Counted from the first letter of the stretch, positions 39,649 to 50,125 are shown. The stretch is 64,000 nucleotides of DNA from Sphingobacteriia bacterium (GCA_011390575.1 JAABSE010000001.1:42328-106327); one strand, 5' to 3'. Made by a program: numbers and translations. Notes: generated by a model from the letters alone, not told the origin.

Positions 39649-40596
39649 ATGTCAGAATCAGAACAGGATAAGATCAGTTCACGGCGTTTCAGGTTCAAGC
39701 ATTTACCTGTCCTTTTAAAGGATACAGCTATATCCTGGAACAAGGATGATCCCTGGCGTTTAAGTGCCATCGTTGCTTATTACGCCATATTATCCTTGCC
39801 GGGATTGCTTGTAATTATCATTAGCATGCTGGGCTATTTCTGGGGGGCAGAAATTATTGAGGGAAAAGTATACGAAGAGATTCGTTCAAGTATGGGTGTA
39901 TCAACCGCCGATGCGGTAGAATCCATTTTTACCAATGCCAGTGAAGATGACACCTCATGGGTTGCAGCAATAATTGGAATAGGAGCGCTTTTATTTGGTG
40001 CAACCGGTGTGTTTTATCACCTTCAGATATCCCTGAACAGAATCTGGGAAGTGAAATCTGACCCCAAGAGCGGTATTTTACGCTATTTGATCGATCGCAC
40101 CAAAAGCTTCGGGTTTGTGCTGGTGATTGGGTTTTTACTTCTGGTAAGTTTTGTACTGTCTGCATTGCTTTCCGCCCTGAAAGATTACATTGCCCGATGG
40201 ATACCTGATATTGCCTATTACCTTCTTATCCTGTCTGACCTTATTATTTCATTTGGAGTGATAACCGTTTTATTTGCATTAATTTTTAAATACCTTCCTG
40301 ATGTAAATATTGGCTGGAAGAGTGTCTGGATTGGTGCTTTTATTACCTCATTCCTTTTTGCGGTCGGAAGAGAAGGTCTGAGTTATTATTTCGGAGCTGC
40401 CAGTCCGGGAAGTGTTTATGGTGCTGCAGGTTCTATTATTATCATGATGTTGTGGGTTACCTATTCTTGTCTTATTTTGTTTTTTGGCGCTGAATTTACC
40501 TGGGTGTTTACCAAAAAATACGGATTTAAAATGCAGCCCAAAAGTCATGCACGATTTATCAATAAATGGGATGTAGAAGAATGGGAAGGAAAATAA
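39649..40596 (+). CDS. YihY/BrkB family membrane protein
   Basis: AIVAYYAILSLPG, LNRIW, VYGAAGS, FFGAEF. Confidence 0.92.
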   Translation: MSESEQDKISSRRFRFKHLPVLLKDTAISWNKDDPWRLSAIVAYYAILSLPGLLVIIISMLGYFWGAEIIEGKVYEEIRSSMGVSTADAVESIFTNASEDDTSWVAAIIGIGALLFGATGVFYHLQISLNRIWEVKSDPKSGILRYLIDRTKSFGFVLVIGFLLLVSFVLSALLSALKDYIARWIPDIAYYLLILSDLIISFGVITVLFALIFKYLPDVNIGWKSVWIGAFITSFLFAVGREGLSYYFGAASPGSVYGAAGSIIIMMLWVTYSCLILFFGAEFTWVFTKKYGFKMQPKSHARFINKWDVEEWEGK

Positions 40597-40682
40597 CGGA
40601 AACCCTTGGTTTAAGCCAGCAATTGAAAATAGAATCATCCGTGTCATCAATAATGAATTCAAAACTTTAAAATCCAAAAGAT

Positions 40683-40820
40683 ATGTCAAAATCGAAAGAA
40701 GGTAAAAGTGAAAAGGGAGACAAGAAGGCTCCGGTTAAAAACCTGAAAGAAAAAAGAGCCGCCAAAGAGGCTAAACGGGAGGAGAAAAAGGCCAGTGGCA
40801 GAGCAGAAGGAACTTATTAG
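40683..40820 (+). CDS. Small Lys/Glu-rich hydrophilic protein (missed by ORF track)
   Basis: MSKSKEGKSEKGDKKAPVKNLKEKRAAKEAKREEKKASGRAEGTY*. Confidence 0.6.
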   Translation: MSKSKEGKSEKGDKKAPVKNLKEKRAAKEAKREEKKASGRAEGTY

Positions 40821-40828
40821 TTTGCAGA

Positions 40829-41113
40829 CTCTTATCCATTGCCATTGGCTTTAGCCAACGGATGAGGAATGGCCACACACCAGGGGGCTTTAGCCCCATT
40901 GAAATCAGTTTATTTACTGATTATAAAAGAGAATGGGGCTGAAGCCCCCTGAAGATTTGAGCATCTCAGATCCGTCAGTTAAAACTGACGGCAATAGATA
41001 AGCGCAGTGCTTAAAACAAGGAATTGAATAAGTTGAGAATTTTGTCCATTACCCTTTTTTTTAGTCAATTAATTTGCCGACTCTTGTCCATTGCCGTTGG
41101 CTTTAGCCAAAGG
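40829..41113. repeat. REP/BIME-like array 2
   Basis: Inverted unit (TTGGCTTTAGCCAACGGA...GGGGCTTTAGCCCC), direct unit (GGGGCTGAAGCCCC...CCGTCAGTTAAAACTGACGG), partial inverted unit. Confidence 0.9.
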
Positions 41114-41125
41114 AAAGATCAAAAT

Positions 41126-41191
41126 CTGTGATTTATGTAACATTTTTCATGGAAAATATTGCAACGTTAAACTGCATTATATTTACATTTG
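41126..41191 (+). promoter_or_regulatory. Island promoter module, site 5 (second box degenerate)
   Basis: CTGTGATTTATGTAA; TGTAA 41136; TACATTTG 41184 (+48). Confidence 0.7.
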
Positions 41192-41287
41192 TAGTTAATT
41201 CAAAAAAGTACAAACGAGATATCCCTCCTCTATCCGGCAATCCATTCAATTCTACTCGTTTTCATGATTAGCATAAATTATCAAAAC

Positions 41288-42604
41288 ATGAAGATCCTGC
41301 TTATCTCACCCGCTGTTGATGCCGAAAAACGAACCAACAAATGGCTCATGATGCCACAGCTTGCTCTTTACATCCTCGAAGGATTAACCCCACCGGGTCA
41401 TGAAGTAAAAATTATTGAAGAAGAAACCGAATTTGTTGACCCCGATCAGGAGTGTGACCTGGTGGCCATAAGCTGTATGACAGCCAATGCCCCGCGAGCC
41501 TATGAACTTTGTGCAGCATTCAGGGAAAGAGGAAAAACTGTGGTACTGGGCGGAGTGCATCCATCCATCCTGCCCGATGAAGCCATGCAGCATGCCGATA
41601 GTGTGGTCGTGGGCGAAGCTGAAGGAGTATGGGAAACAGTGCTCAATGATTTTCAGTCCCATAATTTGCAGAGTAAATACCACAATCCCGATCCTGATTT
41701 GAAGAAGTATGTTCCCAAAGACTTCAGCACGGTTATCAACAAAAGTAAATTTCACGTCATTCCCATCATGACCACCCGGGGATGCCCTTACGATTGTGAT
41801 TTTTGCTGTGTCACTGACCTTTACGGTAAAAAAATCAGACATATTCCCATCGAAAATGTAGTTCGCGATATTAAGAGTTCGGGAGCTAAAAACTTTCTGT
41901 TCCTCGACGACAATATTATTGGCCATAAGAAATATGCCAAAGAACTGTTCAGAGCCATTAAGCCGCTGAAGATAAAATGGGGCGGACAAGCCTCGGTATC
42001 ATTGCTTGTGGAAGACGATGAACTACTGCAACTGGCGGCTGAAAGTGGCTGCAAATCGCTTTTCGTGGGTATTGAAAGTGTGTCGGTAGAGCAGTTAAAG
42101 ACCATGCGAAAGGGGATCAAGGAAATTGCCCATCTGGAAGACAGCCTGAAAAAAATCAAAAAGATGGGGATCCTGATCCACGCATCCATGGTTTTTGGCT
42201 TTGACAACGATACCAAAGAAACCTTTGAAGAAACCGTGGCGTTTCTGCAGAAAAATAAAGCAAGCACTGCATCCTTCAACGTGCTAACCCCTTATCCCGG
42301 CACCAGGGTTTACGAAAACCTGAAAAAAGAAAACCGACTTACAACCACCGACTGGAAGTATTACGACCATAATACGGTTGTATTTCAACCGCGAAATATG
42401 ACTCCTTACGAACTTCAGATGGGAAAAATTTATGCCCGAAAAAGATTTTACAGCATCAACTCGGTAATGAAAAGAATGCTGGGCAACCTTTACAATCCGT
42501 TCACCTACTTTTTTATGAATTACGGGCATATGAAGCAGGTAAAAGTAGAGGCCCGGAGAATAGACCGGCTCAAATCAAAATTATTTGAGGATTTCCGGGA
42601 GTAA
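41288..42604 (+). CDS. B12-binding radical SAM protein
   Basis: VLGGVHPS...VVGEAE cobalamin-binding domain; RGCPYDCDFC. Confidence 0.92.
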   Translation: MKILLISPAVDAEKRTNKWLMMPQLALYILEGLTPPGHEVKIIEEETEFVDPDQECDLVAISCMTANAPRAYELCAAFRERGKTVVLGGVHPSILPDEAMQHADSVVVGEAEGVWETVLNDFQSHNLQSKYHNPDPDLKKYVPKDFSTVINKSKFHVIPIMTTRGCPYDCDFCCVTDLYGKKIRHIPIENVVRDIKSSGAKNFLFLDDNIIGHKKYAKELFRAIKPLKIKWGGQASVSLLVEDDELLQLAAESGCKSLFVGIESVSVEQLKTMRKGIKEIAHLEDSLKKIKKMGILIHASMVFGFDNDTKETFEETVAFLQKNKASTASFNVLTPYPGTRVYENLKKENRLTTTDWKYYDHNTVVFQPRNMTPYELQMGKIYARKRFYSINSVMKRMLGNLYNPFTYFFMNYGHMKQVKVEARRIDRLKSKLFEDFRE

Positions 42605-42832
42605 CAGTGATGCAATCAGGTATTTAGACTATAGGCTGAAGTCTTTTTTAAACACCTACAGCCTATCAACCTACAGTCTATAAACAGTGATAAATATGCT
42701 GACGGTGGCAAGCATTTCAGTGTAAAGGCACTAAGACCCAAAGAGACATTAAAGCCCTTCGATTTTCCGGTATTCTCAATCCTTCGAGCTTCAAGCTTCC
42801 AGCTTCGATCTAATCTGAAAAGCGCCTTAAAT

Positions 42833-42898
42833 GCGTGAATGATGTAACTTATGCCTCCCATTGTGTAACAAGTAACAGACTGGTTGCACGTACCTTTG
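42833..42898 (+). promoter_or_regulatory. Island promoter module, site 6
   Basis: GCGTGAATGATGTAA; TGTAA 42843 and 42864; TACCTTTG 42891. Confidence 0.75.
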
Positions 42899-42937
42899 TT
42901 TCGTGGAAATTCTTTCACAAACTAATATTAATGAAAA

Positions 42938-44011
42938 ATGAAGCTAAAACAATTATTCCCATTCCTGGGTATTCTACTTGTATTATTTGCAGTAAGTTGT
43001 GATAAAAATGATGATCTGCAGGACGAACGTCCACAGGTAACTTCGACCGTACCCTTAAGCGACGCACTGGATGTTGATATCAGTGTAGAAATCACTGCCG
43101 ATTTCAGTGTAGCCATGGATCCTGCAACAATCGATTCTACCACATTTACTGTAACCCGGGGATCCGCTCCGGTTCCGGGTGTTGTTTCGTATGCAGGAAG
43201 AACAGCAACTTTTATTCCTGCAGAGCCCTTGCTGCTCGATTCAGATTACACTGCTACAATATCTACAGAAGCGAAAGATACTGACGGTAATCCGTTGACA
43301 GCCGGCGTAGTGTGGAGTTTCACCACTTTCTCCCCCCAATCTCCCGATGCGGTTAATTTAATGGGTTCAGGAAATTATGTAATTCTGGCCAAAACCGCCA
43401 TTACCAATAATCCTACATCCAGCATTTCAGGCGATTTGGGGTTAAGCCCGGCAGCTACATCCTATATTACAGGATTTTCGTTGACAAATGAAACAGGCTA
43501 TGCTACTTCCACCCAGGTAACAGATGGCGGAAGGATTTATGCCGCCGATATGGCAGACCCAACACCAGTGAATCTTACCACAGCCGTTGAAAATATGATT
43601 ACTGCATATGACGACGCTGCAGGTCGCACAGCACCTCATTTTATTGAACTCAGCGCTGGAAACATTGGTGGAAAAACTTTGGTGCCGGGCCTTTATAAAT
43701 GGACCAATACCGTCACATTACCTACCAATATTACATTATCAGGTGGTGCCGACGATGTCTGGATTTTCCAGATCGCAGAAGACCTGACCGTAAGTAATAA
43801 CGTGACAGTAACCCTTGAAGGGGGAGCTCAGGCCAGCAATATTTTCTGGCAGGTAGCAGGTACAGCAACCTTTGGTACTGGATCGCACTTCGAAGGGATT
43901 ATTTTATCCAAGACTGGCATTACTTTTCAAACAGGTGCCACCTTTAACGGAAGAGCACTTGCACAAACATCCGTCATCCTCGATCAAAATACTGTTGTTC
44001 AACCTCAATAG
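42938..44011 (+). CDS. Lipoprotein with Ig-like domain and DUF3494 (ice-binding-like) domain
   Basis: AVSC lipobox; FSVAMDPATI...WSFTT; YVILAKTAI, GDLGLSP, TAYDDAAGR, PGLYKW, NIFWQVAG, GRALAQT. Confidence 0.9.
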   Translation: MKLKQLFPFLGILLVLFAVSCDKNDDLQDERPQVTSTVPLSDALDVDISVEITADFSVAMDPATIDSTTFTVTRGSAPVPGVVSYAGRTATFIPAEPLLLDSDYTATISTEAKDTDGNPLTAGVVWSFTTFSPQSPDAVNLMGSGNYVILAKTAITNNPTSSISGDLGLSPAATSYITGFSLTNETGYATSTQVTDGGRIYAADMADPTPVNLTTAVENMITAYDDAAGRTAPHFIELSAGNIGGKTLVPGLYKWTNTVTLPTNITLSGGADDVWIFQIAEDLTVSNNVTVTLEGGAQASNIFWQVAGTATFGTGSHFEGIILSKTGITFQTGATFNGRALAQTSVILDQNTVVQPQ

Positions 44012-44043
44012 ATACTTCAGTCCTCATTGTAAGTAAATGACAA

Positions 44044-44163
44044 GGGGCTGTTTCAGAAGTAGTTAATTTCCCGGACGCTGAGCTTGTCGAAGCATATCTG
44101 TCTGCTATTCAGCAGTCGTTTCGGCAGGCTCAACGGCCCCAAAGATACTTCTGAGACAGCCCC
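44044..44163. repeat. 120-bp nested inverted-repeat (MITE-like) element
   Basis: GGGGCTGTTTCAGAAGTA...TACTTCTGAGACAGCCCC enclosing CGCTGAGCTTGTCGAA...TTCGGCAGGCTCAACG. Confidence 0.75.
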
Positions 44164-44222
44164 GTTTTTTGTGTGCTGATTGTTTTGTATCGGGATTATC
44201 GAATTTCTTAAGTGGTTAAAAT

Positions 44223-44288
44223 GTGAGTTTTATGTAACTTTTTACCTGAATTGTGTAAGACAAATCGGTACTAAAAAGCCAATCTTTG
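44223..44288 (+). promoter_or_regulatory. Island promoter module, site 7
   Basis: GTGAGTTTTATGTAA; TGTAA 44233 and 44254; AATCTTTG 44281. Confidence 0.7.
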
Positions 44289-44348
44289 TACTTCATAAAA
44301 CTTCTTTTCCGATTTCTGTCTGTTGGAATTTTAATTAAAGCCCCCGAT

Positions 44349-44540
44349 ATGGAAACCTTACAATCCGGTAAATCACTAACATGGAATGATAAAAAGAGAA
44401 GACTCAAAAAAATCTTTCCTGCCATTACCGATGTTGATTTGCAATTTAATGATGGCAAGGAAAAAGTTATGATAGAGAGGCTGGCCTACAAGCTTGACAA
44501 GACTGTAGATGAGCTCCGCTATTTCATACATGCAATATAA
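44349..44540 (+). CDS. Divergent CsbD-like protein
   Basis: WNDKKRRLKKIFPAITDVDL...GKEKVMIERLAYKLDK aligns with 32901-33086. Confidence 0.75.
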   Translation: METLQSGKSLTWNDKKRRLKKIFPAITDVDLQFNDGKEKVMIERLAYKLDKTVDELRYFIHAI

Positions 44541-44585
44541 TAAATCTTTATTTCTGTTGAAAAAAATAATTCAAAACTTGATAAT

Positions 44586-45062
44586 ATGAAAAAAACAATT
44601 AGTACGACCCTGATTGCATTATGCTTTGTTACCATAAGCGTTGCACAGGATTACAATACAGGAATCGGTTTTAGAGGAGGACCGTTTACAGGTCTTACAG
44701 TTAAACATTTTGTAAGCGAGAAAACAGCATTTGAGTTTCTTCTGGCCAGCAGATGGAGAGGGTTTGAAATCACCGGACTCTATGAAATTCATAACAGGGC
44801 ATTTGATGCAGACAGATTGAAATGGTATTATGGATTTGGTGCCCATGCCGGTTTCTATGACGGAGACTATACGCACGATCGATGGGGTGAAAGGGGAACA
44901 ACTTACACAGTGCTGGGACTGGATGGAATCCTGGGATTGGAATACAGTTTTGATGAAATCCCATTTAATGTTAGTCTTGACTGGAAACCCACATTCAATT
45001 TTTATGGATATTCAGGCTTTTGGGGTGATGGTGGCGCACTTTCCATTCGATATATTTTTTAA
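44586..45062 (+). CDS. Small outer-membrane beta-barrel-like protein
   Basis: Signal peptide, alternating aromatic strands, C-terminal RYIF. Confidence 0.8.
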   Translation: MKKTISTTLIALCFVTISVAQDYNTGIGFRGGPFTGLTVKHFVSEKTAFEFLLASRWRGFEITGLYEIHNRAFDADRLKWYYGFGAHAGFYDGDYTHDRWGERGTTYTVLGLDGILGLEYSFDEIPFNVSLDWKPTFNFYGYSGFWGDGGALSIRYIF

Positions 45063-45177
45063 CGTAAAGAATACCTGGTCAATACTCTCCCGCAAAATGC
45101 GGGAGAGATTGCGAGGTGGCAGCGAAGCTAAATCTGAATATTTTAACCGGAAACCAATAGTAATAAAAGCGTGTATT

Positions 45178-46089
45178 ATGGAACCAAAACAATCATTTTT
45201 CCCGAAGGATACTAACTTCTACCGACCTCAAAACGGTTCTGCTGTTAACGGAGCTTCACATTCACTTAAGCCCAATGGAGTTAAAGCAGATGATGGTAAA
45301 GTCCTTAAAAGCCAAATCATGATGCGGTTGGAGGAACTGGAAAAACAAAATGACCGGCTTAAAAATATTATTGAACAGCGCAAAAACGAAATTTCTGAAC
45401 TTATTGCAGCCAATAAAGAATATATTTCTGTACTGGCACATGATCTGAAAAGCCCCTTTAGTACCATTTATGGCGTATTGGGCTTACTTAAGGACTGCGT
45501 TCATGAAGGCAATTATGAGGAAATGGAAGCGTATCTGGATATTGCGTCCAGCTCCTCTATCAATACAACCAACCTGATAGAAAATATCCTGGCATGGGCA
45601 CAAATGCAAGGCACAGAAAAACGGTTTAATCCCATTAGGGTAAATCTTGCACACCTTGTAGGGCGGGAAATAGAGAATAGTAACCTTGCCGTGAAGCTGA
45701 AAAAAATATCATTGAGCCATACTATTCCAGAGAATTTTATGGTGAGGGCTGACCTTCATATGTCTCAATCGATTGTAAGAAATCTGATCAGTAACGCCAT
45801 TAAATTTACAAATCCCGGAGGAAATATTACCATAAGTGCCAAAGAAGCGAATCCATTCATTGAAATAATGGTAAAAGACGATGGCATTGGAATCTCCACG
45901 AAAGACCAGCAGAGATTATTCAATAAGGATACCCCCGAAGAAGTTGCAGGCAACAGCAATGTAAAGGGCAAAGGACTTGGATTGATGCTTTGCAGAGAAT
46001 TCGTTGTCATGAATGGAGGAATCTTGTGGGTAGAAAGCCAGCCAGGCAAAGGAAGTAGTTTTATTTTCACCTTGCCTAATTACGAATAA
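45178..46089 (+). CDS. Sensorless cytoplasmic histidine kinase (start placed at ATG 45178)
   Basis: Coiled coil, AHDLKSP, RNLISNAIKFT, DDGIGI, GLGL. Confidence 0.88.
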   Translation: MEPKQSFFPKDTNFYRPQNGSAVNGASHSLKPNGVKADDGKVLKSQIMMRLEELEKQNDRLKNIIEQRKNEISELIAANKEYISVLAHDLKSPFSTIYGVLGLLKDCVHEGNYEEMEAYLDIASSSSINTTNLIENILAWAQMQGTEKRFNPIRVNLAHLVGREIENSNLAVKLKKISLSHTIPENFMVRADLHMSQSIVRNLISNAIKFTNPGGNITISAKEANPFIEIMVKDDGIGISTKDQQRLFNKDTPEEVAGNSNVKGKGLGLMLCREFVVMNGGILWVESQPGKGSSFIFTLPNYE

Positions 46090-46136
46090 TATACGAACGA
46101 AGCCATGACTGAGCGAATTAATAAAATTATAAACAA

Positions 46137-46934
46137 ATGAAGAAATGGACATTTTTCCTGCTGTCATTAGTCATTATGGTGGGATGTGCTAAGAACCTCT
46201 TGACAGGTCGCAGGCAACTTAAACTGGTAAGTGAGTCTGAAATGCAAATGATGGCTGTTGATCAATACAGAACCTTCATAACAGAACACAATGTGTTGGG
46301 TTCAGGAAACGATCAAGCTGCCATGGTCAAACGTGTGGGAAACCGCATTGCCAATGCAGTTACCAAATACTACACCGAACAAGGCAAACCTGAGTTATTG
46401 GAAGGATACGACTGGGAGTTTAATACTATAGAAAGTGAAGAAGTAAATGCCTGGGCTATGCCCGGGGGTAAGGTCATGGTATACTCAGGCATATTTGCTG
46501 TTACCCAAAATGAAACTGCACTTGCCATAGTGATGGGACATGAAATTGCCCATGCTGTTGCCAGGCATGGTAGTGAAAGAATGAGCCAGGCCCTGGCTCA
46601 GCAATTGGGCGGCATGGCATTGGATATTGCCCTGACTAATGAGCCTGAGCAAACCAGGAATCTGTTTTTATTGTCATATGGTATTGGAAGTCAGGTGGGT
46701 GCAATTCTTCCATGGTCGCGTCAACAGGAAACAGAAGCGGATAAGTATGGGCTGATTTTTTCTGCTATGGCGGGTTATAATCCCAGGGAGGCTATTCCTT
46801 TCTGGCAAAGAATGTCATCAGCAGGTGGAGCCAGTCCTCCTGAATTTCTTAGCACACACCCTTCAGATCAGACAAGAATGAAAAGGTTAGAGCAATTTAT
46901 GCCCGAAGCACTGAAGCATTATTCACCGAAGTAA
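46137..46934 (+). CDS. M48-family metallopeptidase lipoprotein
   Basis: VGC lipobox; NAWAMPGG; HEIAH; ETEAD; STHP. Confidence 0.92.
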   Translation: MKKWTFFLLSLVIMVGCAKNLLTGRRQLKLVSESEMQMMAVDQYRTFITEHNVLGSGNDQAAMVKRVGNRIANAVTKYYTEQGKPELLEGYDWEFNTIESEEVNAWAMPGGKVMVYSGIFAVTQNETALAIVMGHEIAHAVARHGSERMSQALAQQLGGMALDIALTNEPEQTRNLFLLSYGIGSQVGAILPWSRQQETEADKYGLIFSAMAGYNPREAIPFWQRMSSAGGASPPEFLSTHPSDQTRMKRLEQFMPEALKHYSPK

Positions 46935-47082
46935 TTTTACTGCTGATTTGCTAAAAATTACAATAATTGATTTTCGTGATTGATTTGTGGTTTTTTTTAA
47001 TTTAATTTGCATATTTATGTTTAAATAAACACCAGATTCATACATCTGGTTTCCTGCCCAACGACAAAATTACCTCATTGAA

Positions 47083-50025
47083 ATGGCCAAAACAGAGAAA
47101 TCAAAACCAGTGACTCCCAAAACCAGGGCAACCTCAAGAGAAAAAAAGCCGGCTGCTGATTCCGCATTATTTCCTGTCGTAGGGATTGGTGCATCAGCCG
47201 GAGGGCTGGAAGCCATAGAACAATTCCTGAAAAATGTACCTGAAGAAAGCGGAATGGCCTATGTGGTGGTTCAGCATCTGGATCCCACCCAGAAAGGGAT
47301 GCTTCCTGAGTTGCTTCAGCGGGTCACTCCACTGAAAGTTTATCAGGTTAAGGATAACATGAAGGTTAATCCCAATTGTGTTTATGTGATTCCTCCCAAT
47401 AAAAGCATGTCAATCCTTCATGGGAAACTTCAGCTGTTTCAACCTCTGGAATCAAGGGGGCTGCGTCTTCCCATTGATTTTTTTCTGCGATCCCTGGCCG
47501 ATGATCTTAGAGAGTGGAGTGTTGGGCTTATTCTCTCGGGGATGGGCTCTGATGGTAGTACAGGGTTACGTGCCATAAAAGAAAAAAACGGGATTGTAAT
47601 GGTGCAGGAGCCTGATACAGCAAAATACGATAGCATGCCCCGCAATGCCATTGAATCCGTGCTGGCAGATATTGTAGCACCTCCCCACGAGCTTTCCGGA
47701 AAACTTATCGAATTTTACAAGCATATCCCCCAGGTTAAGTCCAGTATAGATCTAGAAAACAAAGATCAGAGTGCGCTGGAAAAAATTATCTTGCTGCTTC
47801 GCAGCTATACCGGTAACGATTTTTCTCAATATAAAAAAAGCACCTTGTATCGCCGGATCGAAAGACGCATGGGGGTGCATAAAATAGGTAAGATAGCCTC
47901 TTACGTTACCCTCTTGCAGGATAATCCCACAGAAGGAGAAATACTTTTCAAGGAATTGATGATTGGTGTTACCAGTTTTTTTCGCGACCCCAAAGTATGG
48001 GAGAAACTGGGACAGGAGATTATTCCTGCTTATATTGGCAAACAAACGGAAAATACCTTATTGCGGGCCTGGGTGCCAGGTTGTTCTTCTGGCGAAGAGG
48101 CCTATAGTCTCGCCATTGTTTTAAAAGAAGCCCTGGAGATTATCAGTTCATCCAAAAATATTTCTTTACAGATTTTTGCCACCGACCTGGATCACGATGC
48201 TGTTGAAACAGCCCGAAAAGGACTTTTCCCTGTAAATATTGAAGCCGATGTGTCATCCCGCTACCTGTCGAAATATTTTGTGAAATCCGAGGACGGCTAT
48301 CGCGTAAATAGTGAAATACGAGAAATGGTGGTGTTTGCCCAGCACAATCTTATCATGCACCCCCCGTTTATTAATATCGATATCATCACTTGCCGCAATC
48401 TGCTTATATACCTGGATTCAGACCTTCAGAAAAAAATCCTCGGGCTTTTTTATTTTAGCCTCAATAATAAGGGAATTATGGTGCTGGGTAGTTCAGAAAC
48501 CCTGGGTGCCATGGGCAATCTTTTTGAAGCAACAGACAGTAAACTTAAAATATTTAGACGCGATGCCAATGCAGTGACACCTGATTTGCTGAGTTTTCCT
48601 TCAACGTACTCACGCTCAAAACCCGCCACTATTGAAAAACCGGCTACAGAGACCTCTCATTCCAATATACAAGCACTCGCTGACCGGATACTACTGCAGC
48701 AGTATTCTCCTCCGGGGGTTCTGGTAAATGATAGTGGCGACATATTATATATCAACGGGCGTACCGGTAAATATCTTGAACCCGCTGCAGGGAAAGCGAA
48801 CCTGAATATTTTTCCTATGCTGCGCGAAGGTTTGCGCCAGGAGTTTCATCTTGCTTTCCACCAGGTTAAGGCAAAAAAGGGGTCGATGGTATTGCACAAT
48901 TTAAAAGTGGGAACCAATGGTTCTGCCCAAACCCTTAATATTAGCATTCAATACGTTGAAAAACCAGGCCCACTAAGAGGTACGTTAATGATTATCTTTA
49001 TTGATGTTCCTGATAGCATTGATACCAAAGCTCAGCCCAAATCCGAGGGTAAAACCTCAAAGAGCAGTCGGGAAACCGAACTGGAGAAAGAACTCCAGTA
49101 TACCCGCGAAGAAATGCAAAGCACCCTGGAGGAAATGCAAACCTCACAGGAAGAACTTAAATCAACCAATGAAGAACTGCAATCGGCCAATGAGGAACTG
49201 CAATCGGCCAATGAAGAGCTTACCAGCTCAAAGGAAGAGATGCAAAGCCTCAACGAAGAACTGCAAACCCTCAATGCAGAACTCCTTGTAAAAGTAGAGG
49301 ATTATGTGAGGGTGGACAACGATATGAAGAACCTGCTCAACAGCACCGATATCGCTACGCTGTTTCTTGACAAAGAGCTTAATATTCGCCGTTTCACTAT
49401 CCAGGCCACCAAAATCTTTAAGCTTATAAAAAGCGATATCGGCAGACCATTTACAGACCAGGTTTCGGACCTCAATTACCCCGAAATGGCCGAAGATGCA
49501 AAGGAGGTATTGCGAACACTTGTATTTATTGAGAAGCAAATTCCCGGAAAAAACGGAAGCTGGTTTTCTATTCGCCTGATGCCTTATCGCACTTTTGATG
49601 ATCGGATTGACGGCCTGGTAATAACCTTTATAGATATTTCAGCACTGAAACGTATGGAAGAAAAATGCAGGGAGACCAGGCAGGTGCAAAGGTTGTTGTT
49701 AGATGCAGCAACAGATGTGATCATTAAATTGTCACCTGACCAGAAAATTGTGGAATTCAACTTTGAAGCTGAAAAGTTTTTTGGTGAAAAACGCGAAAAT
49801 ACCATAAAGCAGGACTTTGTTCAGATGTTTGTGCCCGAACCCAGGCAAAGAAAGACAAGTCAGTTACTGGCAAAGATGGTAAACAATTTGAAGGATGGGA
49901 GGTTGAAAACTGAAGTAATTGCAGCCAAAGGCACTACTTCTGAAGTGGTTTTTTCAGCCAAAGTATTGGTCGATACCATGAATAAGCTTACAGGAATGGT
50001 TTTAATAGGCGAATGGAACCGGTAG
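47083..50025 (+). CDS. CheB methylesterase-CheR methyltransferase-PAS-coiled coil-PAS fusion
   Basis: GASAGG, QHL, SGMGSDG (CheB); VTSFFRD, GCSSGEEAYS, CRNLLIY (CheR); EELQSANEEL heptads; no kinase domain. Confidence 0.92.
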   Translation: MAKTEKSKPVTPKTRATSREKKPAADSALFPVVGIGASAGGLEAIEQFLKNVPEESGMAYVVVQHLDPTQKGMLPELLQRVTPLKVYQVKDNMKVNPNCVYVIPPNKSMSILHGKLQLFQPLESRGLRLPIDFFLRSLADDLREWSVGLILSGMGSDGSTGLRAIKEKNGIVMVQEPDTAKYDSMPRNAIESVLADIVAPPHELSGKLIEFYKHIPQVKSSIDLENKDQSALEKIILLLRSYTGNDFSQYKKSTLYRRIERRMGVHKIGKIASYVTLLQDNPTEGEILFKELMIGVTSFFRDPKVWEKLGQEIIPAYIGKQTENTLLRAWVPGCSSGEEAYSLAIVLKEALEIISSSKNISLQIFATDLDHDAVETARKGLFPVNIEADVSSRYLSKYFVKSEDGYRVNSEIREMVVFAQHNLIMHPPFINIDIITCRNLLIYLDSDLQKKILGLFYFSLNNKGIMVLGSSETLGAMGNLFEATDSKLKIFRRDANAVTPDLLSFPSTYSRSKPATIEKPATETSHSNIQALADRILLQQYSPPGVLVNDSGDILYINGRTGKYLEPAAGKANLNIFPMLREGLRQEFHLAFHQVKAKKGSMVLHNLKVGTNGSAQTLNISIQYVEKPGPLRGTLMIIFIDVPDSIDTKAQPKSEGKTSKSSRETELEKELQYTREEMQSTLEEMQTSQEELKSTNEELQSANEELQSANEELTSSKEEMQSLNEELQTLNAELLVKVEDYVRVDNDMKNLLNSTDIATLFLDKELNIRRFTIQATKIFKLIKSDIGRPFTDQVSDLNYPEMAEDAKEVLRTLVFIEKQIPGKNGSWFSIRLMPYRTFDDRIDGLVITFIDISALKRMEEKCRETRQVQRLLLDAATDVIIKLSPDQKIVEFNFEAEKFFGEKRENTIKQDFVQMFVPEPRQRKTSQLLAKMVNNLKDGRLKTEVIAAKGTTSEVVFSAKVLVDTMNKLTGMVLIGEWNR

Positions 50026-50125
50026 TTTTGGTGGCCATGGAGTTAGGGTTGTGCCCCGGATGAAGACAAGAGGTATTGTTGAAAAAATACATACAATGAA
50101 TATATAGAAATTAATTTATAATACC

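Noticed and set aside
42620-42810. Short degenerate repeats (CCTACAG, AGCTTC runs); also the hexamer run at 14043
   Set aside because: Too short and degenerate to assign; likely remnants of intergenic repeat families
44830-45177. Long N-terminal extension of the kinase in the ORF track
   Set aside because: Overlaps the beta-barrel gene in another frame and is not domain-like; ATG 45178 is more plausible
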